64,000 nucleotides of DNA from the human T2T-CHM13v2.0 reference genome, Homo sapiens, in NCBI RefSeq assembly GCF_009914755.1, contig NC_060940.1, one strand, 5' to 3'. The position numbers and the translations under genes were made by a program. Under the pieces are notes generated by a model that was given only the letters and a program-made list of their open reading frames with translations, did no database searches and was not told the origin of the DNA. Every line of letters begins with the position of its first letter. Position 1 is the first letter of the stretch. Shown here piece by piece: positions 10,791-23,750 of the stretch.

Positions 10791-11460
10791 TCTAAATAAA
10801 ATCACCTTAGCGCAATCAACAACACATGTTAGATGCTAAGTAATGGGCAGTGATGCACCCTAGTCTTTTGTTTGCAAAAAGATGAGAATGAGAGCACCAT
10901 TTCATGGGCCATGGGCTGATGTCAATTTCATACCAAACATGATATAACATAACTTTGAGAAGCCAACAGGACAGCAACCCCAGACCTCCAGACCACTATT
11001 TCAGTGTCTTGCAGTGATTCCTCCCATCCTTCCAGAGCCTCCACAGAGGCTCAGCTGCCCTGAAGGCAGAGGCAGGGCTAGCCTGAAGCCGAGGAAATGC
11101 CTGTGTAACTCAAGGGAGGAACAGCCAGGGATTCAACTGTGTAGGTCTGGGCTTCTGGAAGAGTTACTCCTCACCTCACTCCCCAGGGTCAAACTCAAAA
11201 AAAAACTTCATGCAAAAAAGCAATTTACTTAGCCAGTCACTTTCTAGATTTGCTCAGCAATTATTTCAGCTCTTTGTGTTTAAATGAGAGTTTTCTCCGT
11301 TCCTGCCCAGTGTCTTTCTGCTTCATTGGGTGCGGAAGCCTTGGCAGCATTTTCCCTCCTGATAGCTGAACTTTCGCCATCACGGAGGCTGGGGGAAGTG
11401 GGAGAGCAGCTAAGGAAAAGCAAAAGTTGCAGGTTCTGAGAGTTTCTGAGACCATAAGGG

Positions 11461-11850
11461 CAGTGGTTAAAGAATGGAGAATGGGCCGCAGAGTCACCTG
11501 CCTGGAAGTTTAATAACAGTAGATATTTGTGGCACTTTTCCTAGAGTTTCTGACTCAGTAGGTTTGGGGCAGGGGCAGTGATGTGGTGATAAATACTTAG
11601 CAACCAGCTCTCTGGAAAAATATGTAAATAGCCCTGATTGGTGAATTTTCAGATTCCCTAGTACCAGTACTCCCATCATGACCAGTTTCAAGCTACTAAT
11701 TTGATGTCACTGAACAAAGTAGGGAAGAGATGTGCGCAGTAAGCTCTTCTGCGCTGCTAAGAGCTGGTTCCTGGACACCACTGAGTCAAGGCCAGTAATC
11801 TCATGTTTATTAACTTCTCCTGGGTGATTCTGACACAGTGAGTACTGTAA
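11461..11850 (+). mobile_element. MER5-family MITE split by MER63A
   Basis: cagtgg...agagtttctgactcagtaggtttgggg, resuming after 11782 with tttattaacttctcctgggtgattctga. Confidence 0.65.
11577..11783 (-). mobile_element. MER63A hAT MITE
   Basis: cagtgatgtg...caccactg termini; core gggaagagatgtgcgca and tttcaagctac. Confidence 0.82.
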
Positions 11851-11929
11851 CAGGCTTTTTAGGAGTAGCAGAAATAGAGATAGAAAAGCACTATAAGTTT
11901 GAGCCTAGAGCTGAGATTAATTTGTTTGG

Positions 11930-12330
11930 GGCAGTTGATACATATTCATGTGCCACCATCACTATTTTTTGTCATATTCATGTGTATGCTGTACTATCTG
12001 TTGCTTATTGCTTACTTTTAATCTACTCATTATTTTATCCTTTCTTTTAATTACATGGTATAAGAAACTATAATCACCACCTTAAGTGTAAAACTATTAC
12101 TAGTTGCTATAAATAAAAAGTAAATGTAAAGAGCTTATAATAAAAGCCATATTGTTAAATTCTAGTTATATACCATTTTCTATCTAACGTTCTGAGCCTG
12201 AGGTCTGTTTTCCCTTTGTGAACAAATGTTGGAGTGGCATTAAAGTTCTATTACCACCAAATGGTGACATTCTCCTTCAGATAATTAGATTGGAAAGTAG
12301 TTGAAAAGGGAGTAAAGTTTTCTCTAGAAA
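11930..12330 (+). mobile_element. hAT-Charlie relic (MER113-like)
   Basis: tctgagcctgaggtctg...ttctccttcag...ttgaaaagggagtaaagttttctc. Confidence 0.5.
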
Positions 12331-12450
12331 AACAAGTTACATAAAGCAGGATACTAGCACAACTGAAAACATTTCCCATTCCAGGGCAAGCCAAATAACT
12401 GAGCCTCAACTCACTGAGCCTTCTTGAAAATGGGAAGGATTAAGGTTTAG

Positions 12451-12679
12451 GGTGGTGGTGATGAGGAGGAAGAGGATGACAGTAATGCTGATGAAGTTGA
12501 TGATGATGATGGCGATAGTAATGGTGATGAAGCTGATGGTGATGGTGATAGTGATGGTGACGAAGTTGATGATGGTGATAGTCATGGCGATGAAGTTGAT
12601 AATGTTGAATAGTGATGGTAATGAAGTTGACCGTGATAATGGTGATAGTGATGGTGATGAAGTTAATGGTGATGATGGC
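12451..12679. repeat. (GAT/GGT)-rich minisatellite with ~30-36 bp higher-order units
   Basis: Six units, each starting with a gatgaagtt-like motif. Confidence 0.85.
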
Positions 12680-12729
12680 AAGGAAGATTAGTTTTTCATT
12701 ACTGATAAGAAAATTTGGGACAAGCCCTC

Positions 12730-12950
12730 CATTTACATCACCCCTAATTGCAGGTGAAGAAACTGACACTCCCATCATGACCAGTTTAAAGCTACTAATT
12801 TGATGTCACTGAACAAAGTGGGGAAGAGATGTGCGCAGTAAGTTGTCCTGAGCTGGTAAGAGCTAGTGAGAGAACTTAGTTTACTTGGCCTCAATCACAT
12901 GTTGATCATGGAGCCATAATCAGCCCCTAAATCAGGCTGACTCCAGAGCC
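12730..12950 (-). mobile_element. MIR carrying a 100-bp insert copied from the nearby MER63A
   Basis: gcaggtgaagaaactgac [insert 12768-12867] gagagaac...ctgactccagagcc. Confidence 0.75.
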
Positions 12951-13969
12951 AATATTAAGAATACATATGTCAACTTCTGCAATGGTTTAGTTTCCTTTCC
13001 TCATTGTTTTGTGGGTAGACTAACGATTATTATGTATGCAAAGCACCTGACCCATGTCCAGTCCACCACAGCTTCACCTGAGATGTTGGCATTCATATTT
13101 TATGTGATGATGAGCTTGTGACATGTTCCACATCCCCCAGTTAGTGATCTATAACTGATTCTTCCCCTAAAATTATTCTCAAAGCAGAGACATATTTAGC
13201 CCTCAAACAAAGGAAGGGCTCTTCTCTGACATGTCAAGTACTGTGTACTAGACACTCACGGTGACTCTTGCAGTCTTTTAGCTAGCTGATCCTCCATCTA
13301 AGGGTGAAAATAAATGGAGAAACATTGACTTGGCTCCCAGCTGATGAGAAATTGTTTTCCTTCTCATTGACCTTCTCAAGACAAGAGGTTTGAACTTTTG
13401 ATAAGGTCTTTCTTCATAGTCAGAGGCATTTCTGCAAGAGGGTTTCATGAGAAGTCATCAGATCAAATTCTGAAACTAGAAGGCAGGGCAAACACCTAAA
13501 GACATTTTGGATTTTTTACACCATTCATTTTACAGTGAGAAAGCAAGATGAAAAAAGCATGCCAAACCTCATAAGCTCTCGGCTTTCAACTAAAAGTTGA
13601 TGATTTATTTCCATGTCTACCCTGCTCAGCCTTCCCAGATCTAGAGCTGAGGGTAAATGGCAGAGTGTGCCTAAAGTCATGAATACAGTTGCCAGGGATG
13701 AGACACTTGGCATCAATGGGCCTGTCTGCCTCTCTAAAATAAGGGAGAAAACAAACACATATTTTTCTATTTGTCAAATTAGTGTGATGATGGCACTAAT
13801 AATTATGAAGTCATCACGAAATTTTTAAAATTATTAAATGAGTTGTATCTGCAAAAAATCACTATAATATCTAAATAACTCTACAAATGTTGGTTATTAA
13901 TGTCACCCAACCTGGAAGGAGCTATTATCCAGAGGTGAAAATGAGGGGTAGTTATTTGTTCATGCCTGA

Positions 13970-14600
13970 TGCATATAGAGCATTTTTATATGCATGGTGG
14001 TTTTACATCATCTCACTGCCCTGCCCCACACCCATCAACCCTATCAGCTAAGTATGGTTTTTAACTCTGCTTTTGCAAAAAAGAAAACTGAGGCTTGGTA
14101 AAGTTAAACAACTTATGTGTGGTCATATGAGCAGTAAGTAGAAAAGTCAGAATTCAGACCCAGGTGTTATAAGCTGAATTACGTTCCCCCTAACATTTAT
14201 ATGTTGAAGTCTTAATCTTCAGTACCTCAGAATGTGACTATATTTGGAGATAGGCCCTTGAAGAGGTAATTAAGTTATATGAGACCATATAAATGGACCC
14301 TAAACCAATATTACTGATGTCCTTATAAAAAAGAGGAGATTAGGATACCAACACACACCAAGAGAAGACCACGTGAAGACATGAGAGATGACCATCTACA
14401 AACCAAAGAGAGAGGTGTCAGAAGAAATGAACCCTGCTGGCACCTTGATCTTCAACTTCCACCCTCCAGAACTGTGAGAAATAAATTTCTGTTCTCTAAG
14501 CCAGTACCAGTTTGTGACATTTTGTTATGTCACCCCTAGAAAATTAACACATCAGGTCTCTCATTTCATATCCCATATATATTCTACTATGCTACTCTAT
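13970..14600 (-). mobile_element. MIR interrupted by MLT1B
   Basis: gaaaactgaggcttggtaaagttaaacaact...attcagacccagg, resuming after the LTR. Confidence 0.7.
14165..14551 (+). mobile_element. MLT1B solo LTR (MaLR)
   Basis: tgttataagctgaatt...cagaactgtgagaaataaatttctg...aattaacaca; TSD ccagg/tcagg. Confidence 0.88.
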
Positions 14601-14601
14601 T

Positions 14602-14629
14602 GTGTGTGTGTGTCTGTGTGTGTGTGTGT
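14602..14629. repeat. (TG)n microsatellite
   Basis: Direct reading. Confidence 0.9.
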
Positions 14630-15475
14630 TTGGTTACACTGTAGTATAAAATGCCGTTATGAGTATCATAGTTAATAGTTTTTCTCATTGAAAGAGTGCA
14701 TATACCCCCAGTCTCATTGATTTAGATTGCAAAATATATTTATGTGGATAAATCAAATACTCTCTGGGCTTTGCTCCCAAGACTCACAGCTATAATTTAC
14801 TGAAATTTTCTCAGAAGCTTTCCAAGGGTAATGATCCTCTTTGTGACGTCAGCAGTTCAACAGGCCTCTAAGGTTTGCAAAAGAGTCAATGATCATTGGG
14901 ATGTCCTGGTCTCAAGACCTACAGGCCTCAAGCTGGAGCACTGACTACTACTAACTATGGCAGTCATCACTAATTACTGATAATATTATTTCCCACAGAG
15001 CCCAGTATTAGCTTCAGAATTCTTCTCAACACTAGATTACAGGAAACTGCTGTAAGATGATTGTACTGGATACATGAGAATGAACCCATATTCCCTTTCA
15101 GAACAGTCTGGAACTCTTCAAGGCTAGAACCACTTCATTCATCTCACTGTCCTAGTGATAACATGGATTTGTCTAGTAATACCCAACAAGGATTCCTCTC
15201 CAGTGGTAACTCCCCAAGACCTAAAATATCTCTGCTTCTGCATTTTATAAAGCCATTTTGAAGCTGGAAAACAATACTCAGGTAAAACACTAAATTAAGA
15301 AATTAGTTCACTGAACTGCCTAGATAGTAAGAAATGAGAAGTATGTGAAGACCACGTGACACAGAAATAGTGAACCCAAGATGTAAGACTAGAGTCCCTT
15401 ACATCTTTCCTCCTGCGATGAAATATGTTCACTCTTAGAGTCTTGGATCCCAAGAACTAACATTTGTCTTTACCA

Positions 15476-15995
15476 AGTATTCTAGTTTCATATCGTACCA
15501 AACTACATCCAAACTCAATGGCTTTAAATAAAAGGTCATTTTATTTTGTTCACAACTTTGTAGATGAAGAATTCAGGATGCGTTTAGTTGAGTGATTCAT
15601 CTCTAATGGAGAGTGATGCCTCATGGACAGCAGACACTGGAGGGTCACTTCCAAGGTGGCATTTCTTCTCACAAGCCTGGGCTGGGAAGGCTGACTGCGG
15701 ATGCTGCATCCTGACTTTGGAGCCATTAAACAGACCATCTACAAGTGGTTTCTCCTTGGCACTCGGCCACCTGGTTCAAAGAAGGAACATCCCTAGGGTG
15801 AGCTTTCTAAGAGGTCTAGGCTGAGGCTGCAAGACTTTTTATGACGTGACCACAGGTACCCCTGAACAACATTTCTCTTGCCTCCTATTGGTTAAGCAAG
15901 TCACTAAGGCCACTCATGTCCAAGAACTAGGGACTAAAACTCCACCCCTCCACAGGAAGAACAGCGAAACATTTTACTCATTTCTTATCTACCAT
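15476..15995 (-). mobile_element. Old MLT1 LTR (MLT1G/H-like)
   Basis: aaactcaatggctttaaa...cacttccaaggtggc...ctattggttaagcaagtcactaaggcc. Confidence 0.75.
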
Positions 15996-17889
15996 GCCAA
16001 ACACACCCAGGTGTGGTTAGAAAAAAGGCCATCAAGTAAGAAGAGGACATGACCCTAATGCCCTGGGAAACAGATCCTGTGTGATTTTTGAAGTTTCTAA
16101 CGAGCATATAAATACTGTTAGTTGCTTTAGCAAATGCCCAACAGCAGCAGATTTTTTTCAGAAAGTTTCCCAGGAGCTAAAACCCAAGAGTTAGAAAGGC
16201 CTCAGATACCCTGAGTTATTTGGAGAAAGAATTTCACCCCAGACAACAAGAGGGTTTTCTTTGTTTTGCCCCAGCTTCTCAATTAGAGGAATAAGAAATG
16301 GTTCTGATGATAACCTGCCCAGAATCTACCCACCTAGCAAGAAACAGAGGTGGGTTTTGCAGAAGCCAAGCAGGAAACAACATGAGCCTTGAATACGGGG
16401 GCATGTTTCCATGCTGCTCTGCAATCCTTAAGAAGAACTCAGGATTAAGAGCACACCGTCAAAATCTCAGATGACATTGTCATGTGGCTAAACATTACAA
16501 AACTCTAAGAGACATTTTTAAAACGTAGTCTGAGAAAATGAACCATAATACCAATATGTTCAAATCCCCCGTCCATACTGAGCATGGGAAATTGAGATAC
16601 CTGGGTCTTCCAGGCTCTCTGACAACACTGGGTAAATGCAGCATCAGTGACTAAGAGACCTGCTCATCATAACGGGCTACTTTCTTTTGATTGTTTTAAA
16701 ATCCTAAAATTATTGACTGTTGGGTAAATAAACACCTCTGAAAATATCCCACACCCAGGGCCTTGCCTTCTTTCAGCAGTGCAGGGAGGAGGGGTGCTCT
16801 ATATGACTGTCAATCTGCCCCATTTGTGGACTCAGCACAGGGCCCTCTATGCCGTGTGGCCACAGAGGCCAGGAGGTCTGCCCTTATCCCGCCATTCCGG
16901 CAGTGAAAGGGATGGATGCTGATGACTCAGTAACCTGTGTAGAAGCAAGAGAATAGGGGGAGGGGGCCAATAAGCCATCCCTCAGAAACATAAAGTCAAA
17001 TTAGAGGTGACATGTGGGCCACTGGGAAAGCTCCAGGCCTTGGCAGAAGCCGTGGCACTTAGCTGACAGGTTGCAATTGAACAAAGCTGACACTCGACAA
17101 GTCTCCTCTCCCCTTGACCTCCTTGACCTGCATACCGTGCCTGCCTCCCCTCCTCCCCAAAGCCACTTCCCTCTCTAAACCCATTCCCTGGAATTCCAAA
17201 AGTTTGAAATAAAATTAACCACATCAACAAAACACAAGACAGCTGTTGGTGACCCCAACTCACTATCCAATGGCATCAAATCACAGGACGAGAACATGAT
17301 ACTCCTTCTCTTATTGAATTACCCTGAATCTTAATTGTCCCAAGTATTTTCTACCATTGATCACTGAAGGAAAAGATGAATCCAATAATTCAGTGATAAA
17401 CTCAGGAAGGTTTCTTCTCACTATCTTTCCCTGCCTCCCTCCCTCCTTCCTTTCCTTCCTTCCTTCCCTTTTCTTTGTTTCTAAGAGAGTTCTCATTTGA
17501 ATCTTCTGACTTGCATACCTTGATTTATCAATAGCTCTTCTCAGCCAACTCAGCCCTTGTATCAAAGAATAAGACCCTACAGGCAGCAGAAATACTTTGA
17601 TGCTGGAATAAAACCTGGACCTGAGCCAGCTGCATCACAAAACCCACCCTTAATTCTGCTTTCCCTTCCCCCTCCTGCAGCAAGAACCTCCCCAGGTATG
17701 TGGAGAAGAGGGTATCTCAGGAAAGATAAGAACCTAAACACAGGTACAAGGAGAAAACCCCAATCCCCCTGAAAAGCCCAGAATTCCAAAAAAAAAAAAA
17801 AAAAGGAAGTTTAAGTATCTCTATGTAAGTTTGGGGCATAGAGACACTTATGCCCCGAAGTATTGCTTGCCTTAACTGATATGACAGAA

Positions 17890-18078
17890 AGGTGTAGTTT
17901 CTGGAGTCATACAGGTCTGTGTTCAAATGTTGTATTTGTCACTTAAAAGTATGAACCTACAGCCATTTACTTAACTTGTAAAATGAAGACCAGTTATTAC
18001 ATTGTGAGGTTGAACAGCAATTAAATGAATAGCATTAAATGAAACAAGATGATTGGCACATCATTGGGCACAATCAAC
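17890..18078 (+). mobile_element. MIR
   Basis: tctggagtcatacagg...ttacttaacttgtaaaatg...ggcacatc. Confidence 0.7.
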
Positions 18079-18739
18079 ACTGGCTTCCATGACAAGTAAT
18101 TTACACATAAAGAGGCACCATCACACATCGATAGCTACCTCCCACTCCAAACATATGACAGCCAGGCGGCAAGCTCCCAGTTCTACTATCCCTGCAACCT
18201 CGTTTATTCAATCATTTTGCCTCCTTTTTATTTCTTCCTCCTTTCCTTCATTTGTTAGCATTTATTGTCATTTCTATACTAAGTCTTGCTAAGAGAAGGC
18301 AATAGAGTTATCAATAAGAACCAATGCTTGTTCTTCTAAGGGAATATGGATCTTTTGCAACTAGTAGCTGAAATGTGAGTAAGTTTTCCTATGACCTCAT
18401 TCTTCCTTTATTACAATTGGCAGCGTTTGTTACATTTCAATCATTACCTAACGGAGTTCTACAGTGGTTCACAGCCCATAATCTACTTTCACATGTTATA
18501 AAAGCACAATGGGCCAGAGATTAAAGGTCCAACAAAGGGTATATCACAAGCTCATCTCGCTTTGTTTCTGATCAGTGACCTGCGCCCAGGGCAGGACAAT
18601 AGGGCAACATGGGGTGTGTAGAAGCATTCTCACTGCTAAGAGCAGGGCAGAGCTCCATGCTTTCCAGAGAGTGCCTCTGGGGCCTGTGCTTTGGGACAAT
18701 TTTGAACAGCAGGGTTCAGACTCAGTAGCTTTTCCCAGC

Positions 18740-18863
18740 TGGGCCTATTGATTCAGCCACGCAGGTTGTGCCATGCACAAGCTCCATTACATGCACAACA
18801 ATGTAAATGGTGACCCTTGATGTTGTGTGGTGCACAGCCTGTACAGCTGTACATAACGGTCAC
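18740..18863. mobile_element. MER91-like palindromic hAT-Tip100 MITE
   Basis: gcaggttgtgccatgcacaa ... ttgtgtggtgcacagcctgtaca inverted arms. Confidence 0.7.
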
Positions 18864-18959
18864 TCCATCCCTTACACTTGCTGGAAATGAACACAGTTTG
18901 TTCAACTCTAAAACCTTAGAAATAAACTGCTAAGCCATAGTTCCTCTCACCGAACAGAA

Positions 18960-19365
18960 TCGACGTCAGACCCTGCTTGGCTTGGTTTTTCTTCCATCAT
19001 TTAACCTCTCCATGACTTCAAGTTCTCATCTGTAGAAGAGCTAGATACACTCAGAGGGCTTCCGGGGGAATCACCGACATAGTGCCTGCAAGGTGCTGCA
19101 CACCATACCTGGAGTGTAGCAGGCACACATACATGTTCTCTGAACGCCTCAGCTCAGCAAGGGGAGTCTGGAAAGAGAAAAACCTGCCTTTGGATTGAAA
19201 CCTGCCTTTGAAATCTGGCTCTGCCCTTTTTGAATTGGGCAGGCTGTGTGTCCTTGGTTTCTTCTCGTCTGTAAAATGGCTCTAATTACGCTTCCTCAAG
19301 AGATTTTTGTGAAGGCTCAGTATACACATATATGCAAATAACACAGGATGCTGCATTAAATCCTC
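18960..19365 (+). mobile_element. Two adjacent MIR fragments
   Basis: ttaacctctc...ctcatctgtag and tctggctctgcc...ctcgtctgtaaaatgg. Confidence 0.65.
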
Positions 19366-19640
19366 ATTTCTTTTCACTCTTCTTCTCCCCAACAGCAGAA
19401 GCTAGGGGTGAGAGAAGGCTTTGTGGTGATGTTCAAAGCTCATGTCAGGGTAACCAGGACTTACTGAGGTTTTGCAGTGTTTTAAGTATTTTTCATGGGC
19501 TCTGTGAATACCAAAATAAAGGAGACAAAGTATCTGCTAGGACTTGTGCTTCTCAAATGATCTGATAAAACACCGAATTTTCTTTTTCTTTTTTTCCCAG
19601 CTCATTGTATTTCCAATGAATACTAATTATGAGAATGTGA

Positions 19641-20060
<420 letters not shown>

Positions 20061-21546
20061 CTAGCTTTTTATTACTATTAGATTACACGGATATAAGATG
20101 TCAATGTCAAATTGCTCTAGAAGTTTCTAAATGTTTGCTCTCAATTTCTGTGCTTTTCTTACCATGGATGGGTAGCCAGTAGTTTGCAGACAGGCACTGG
20201 ACAAAGGACCACACTGTTAGCAGCTCTGATTGAAATCCAGCAATCGGCAAGTGTGCATTCGTCTATGTGAATGAGGAGACCATATTATCTCTATCTGAAT
20301 CCTTTGAGCACTTTAATTTTTAGCTCATTTGTTGCTTTCTCTTCCAGGCACTATGTTTCTTGGCAGAGACTGTATATGCCATCCCTAGTCTAGAATAAAT
20401 TCTTAATAAGCAGCCTCCAGTAAAGACAACTAATGGCTGGGTGTAACGTTGGACTTTTGAGAAAATAACTCACCCCTAAACTTTGCCCCCTCATCCTGCA
20501 ATGCTTAGTCTCGATAGTTGGTATGGACTGAATCCTTTAAATTGATCAGAGACCCACCCCCACCCACATCTGTATACCCTCAACCCCACACACCCATTCA
20601 ACGCAGAATATGACTTTGCTATTCCTAAAAGTTCAGGTTTGCCATAAGGGCAGAGCTAGCAGATATAGGAGTTTAGAACAAAGGCTGTCTCATGAAAGCC
20701 AGCCCTGGGAGTCACCAGACCCTCCGTGCCAGTCGAGAGTGTTTCTTTTAAAAAGAAATAATTGTGCTCTTCTGACTAGGATGATAAAAAAAAAAAAAAA
20801 GTCTACCTCTTTCTGAAAGGAAGCCAGTCACTGCTTTTAATAAACTCTTTGGCTACAAAGATGAAACAGGCAGACAACAGCAACAAAGAAGATATTATTA
20901 ACATAATTTCATGTAATTGGATAGAAGGGTAATATTTATTTTAATATTACAGAGGAAATATCCCACAATGCAGACCCTGGATTAATTCTTTATATCTTTA
21001 GACTGCACTTATCAAATAAAATTGTACTTATGGAAAAAGCAAACACATAAATCTTGCCTCATTGTTGGCGGGCAACCCTAGCAAGGGCTAATTGTATTAT
21101 ATATCTTCTGCAGCTCTGCCTAGTGTTTGCCAGGTCCAAATGTATTATTATTTATTACATGAACAAATGCAATTTTCTTCTTGGAATCTGAGCTTGGAAT
21201 TCCATGAAAGCCTAAATGTGTCCCTTTTCTATTCAGGAGGAAAAAGAAAGACCCCCAATGAGTGTGACCTACAAGAGTCTTCCATGAAGATCAACATCTA
21301 AGTTTCCCTTGAGAGACACCAAATCAAATCTCAAGGAGTGGCCTCCGGAACACCATTAGGATGAAGGTAAAGTTCTTCTAACTCTGCTCTTTGAAATGTC
21401 CCTTTCCTCCAGGGAAAAGCTTTGCTATGGATTTGCCAGAATCTGAACCAATATTTGACTTAGCTCTGTTTGTTTGTTTGCAAGGTCACTATGCACTTGA
21501 GTGTTCCATATATGTACTATGTCCCCTCCCATTTTAAAAAATAAAA

Positions 21547-21685
21547 TTTTTTTATTTTTTTTTCAAAAAGAGATGGGGTCTCCCTATGTTGCCCAGGCTG
21601 CTCTCAATCTCCTGGACTCAAGCGATCCTGCCACCTCTACCTCCATAAGTGTTGAGATTGTAGGCATGAGCCCCCATGCCCGGCC
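21547..21685 (-). mobile_element. FLAM_C Alu monomer
   Basis: gagatggggtctccctatgttgcccagg...atgcccggcc. Confidence 0.88.
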
Positions 21686-22189
21686 TTTCCTCCTCTTCTA
21701 ACTCTGCCTCTCCCTCTCTCTCTCTGTCTTCTGTCCTTCACATATGGCAAGGCTAAGTCCCATACTGAAGGCTGGCTGGTGGTATCTTGCCCTGTCTATT
21801 TGTCAACTAGTCTTAAAAGTGCTACTCCGCTGCAGGCTGGGGCAAGCAGATTTTTTTCTTGCTCTCTGTTGACGTTCTTCTAGGATTGGTGAGTGTGTTA
21901 TATTGTTCTAGAACATGTTTTAGCCTAACCACATTAGTAAAATGGATTTCTGCATGTTCCATCTCACCACATTTCCTTGCATTGAGGTTTAGGTGCAAAT
22001 ACTAATTACGTTAGTTTGTGGTTTCTTTCTCACAATTATTTTCACCTATATCTCTTTTACAAAATTCACAGGGAGGATGACTAGGCAAATGGAGATTAAT
22101 CTGATCAAATTTAGTTTCCTACTAAAAGGACATTTAATAACAACCAGAACACCAACACAGAGTTATACCTCTGCTCTGGTTCAACTCAG

Positions 22190-22410
22190 CACAATTTGAA
22201 CAGCTCTTGTGTGCTAGACACTAGGTTAGGGAGTTTTCACAGACTATCCTATAGTCATCACAGCCACTACGGGATTCGTAAACTTCACCCCAGCTCTTCT
22301 TGAGGATGGTGAAAATGAGATGCAGAAAGGTTGGCAGCTACTTGCAGAGTTGGGACTTGAATCCTGACTTCCCAACTTCATCCCCAAGGTTCTTTCCACA
22401 ATACCATCCT
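22190..22410 (-). mobile_element. MIR
   Basis: gtgtgctagacact...gcagagttgggacttgaatcc...ctttccacaatacca. Confidence 0.65.
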
Positions 22411-23565
22411 TGGAAAGGGAAAATCATTGCTAGGACAGACAGTGCATCTAGACCAGTGTAGCATGTTTTAAAAGGAATTTCTCTTCCACCAATTCAAGAA
22501 CTGAACAAAAGCAAAAAGTGTAAACAAACACACACAATCCTGCCCAGAGTGAAACCCACTAAATAGAAATACTACAGTGGTGCATTCTGCTGGAGGGAGA
22601 TCATTTACCCTCTTTCCTTCATCAGCCCAATTAAAATCTCATCACACACAAAACAAAATCAAAGACATAGAGAGAGAGACTGTGGATTATGCCTCTAAGA
22701 TGAAAAGCTAGCTTATTCTTTCTCTCCACTAACCTCTCTGCTCATGCTTAAATGTAAGTCCAACTGGCCATATTTCCAAGTTGACCACATTTCCCAGAGA
22801 ATGTATAACTTATATTCTTCAGTTCTGGCAAAGTGTTCTCCCTGGTCCCTGAAGTTAGCGACTTCCATAGAAAAACAAATTTTGTTTTGAATGCCTAGCT
22901 GAGGAAGGGGTTGCTGCATATTTCTTTCCTATAGGCAATGGAGATCCAACTAAAGTTCAGGACAGAGATAGATAAAGGGAAAACAAAAGAAAAATATTCT
23001 TCCGTTGGCTTACCATAGTCTTGTTTCTGTACATAGCATGTCCCTTGAGTAGCAATGATACATTCTTTGGATCAAATTCACAGGTCATTTCTGCAAAGTT
23101 TTGCATGACACTGAGAGAAGGAGCAACCAAAGGACTGCAAACAGTTGCATAAGTAAAAGTGAGACATAAAACTTCATAGCAACCTCAAATGATGTCACTC
23201 TCAAGGACCTCAAGGCCATAAAATTCAGAGAGCTTCCCAAACAAGCCATTACTGATTTTCACGGAACTGAAAAGTACCTTGGACCTTGCTCCTTTCCATT
23301 CATAAAAACATTGTTATCAGTGAATGAGCTCACCACCCATTGCAACTGTAAGCTCTTTGGCACGTTAAGTTAAATCATTGTTGAACTCAACTCTTCCCTT
23401 TGAACCCTGGGGAATATTAACATGTCCTCCCAAGGGCCAGGGAGGAACATATGTGTCTTTGACCCTCTCAAAATGAGGAGGATGGAAACTCCCATGTATT
23501 AGCCAAGTACATTTGCTAGGTTGATGATGTGCAAAGAGGATTGGTCAGAATCCTATCCCAAAAAT

Positions 23566-23750
23566 CAGGACCAGCTCCATTATTTGTGGGACCCAGGGCA
23601 AAACAAAATAAAAAACATGAGACTTCTTGGTCAAAGATTATTAAGGAGTTTTAAGACAGTGATAACAGAACATTAAACTCAGTGTGGGACCCTCCTAAGC
23701 ATGGGGCCCTGTGCAACTGGTCAAGCCACATACCCATGTAGCTGGCCCTG
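23566..23750 (+). mobile_element. MER45A hAT-Tip100 MITE
   Basis: caggaccagct...agctggccctg TIRs; ggggccctgtgcaactg core. Confidence 0.85.

Noticed and set aside
12406-12803. His-, Ile-, Met- or Asp-rich ORFs
   Set aside because: They are reading frames of a GAT/GGT repeat, with a frameshift and no splice context.
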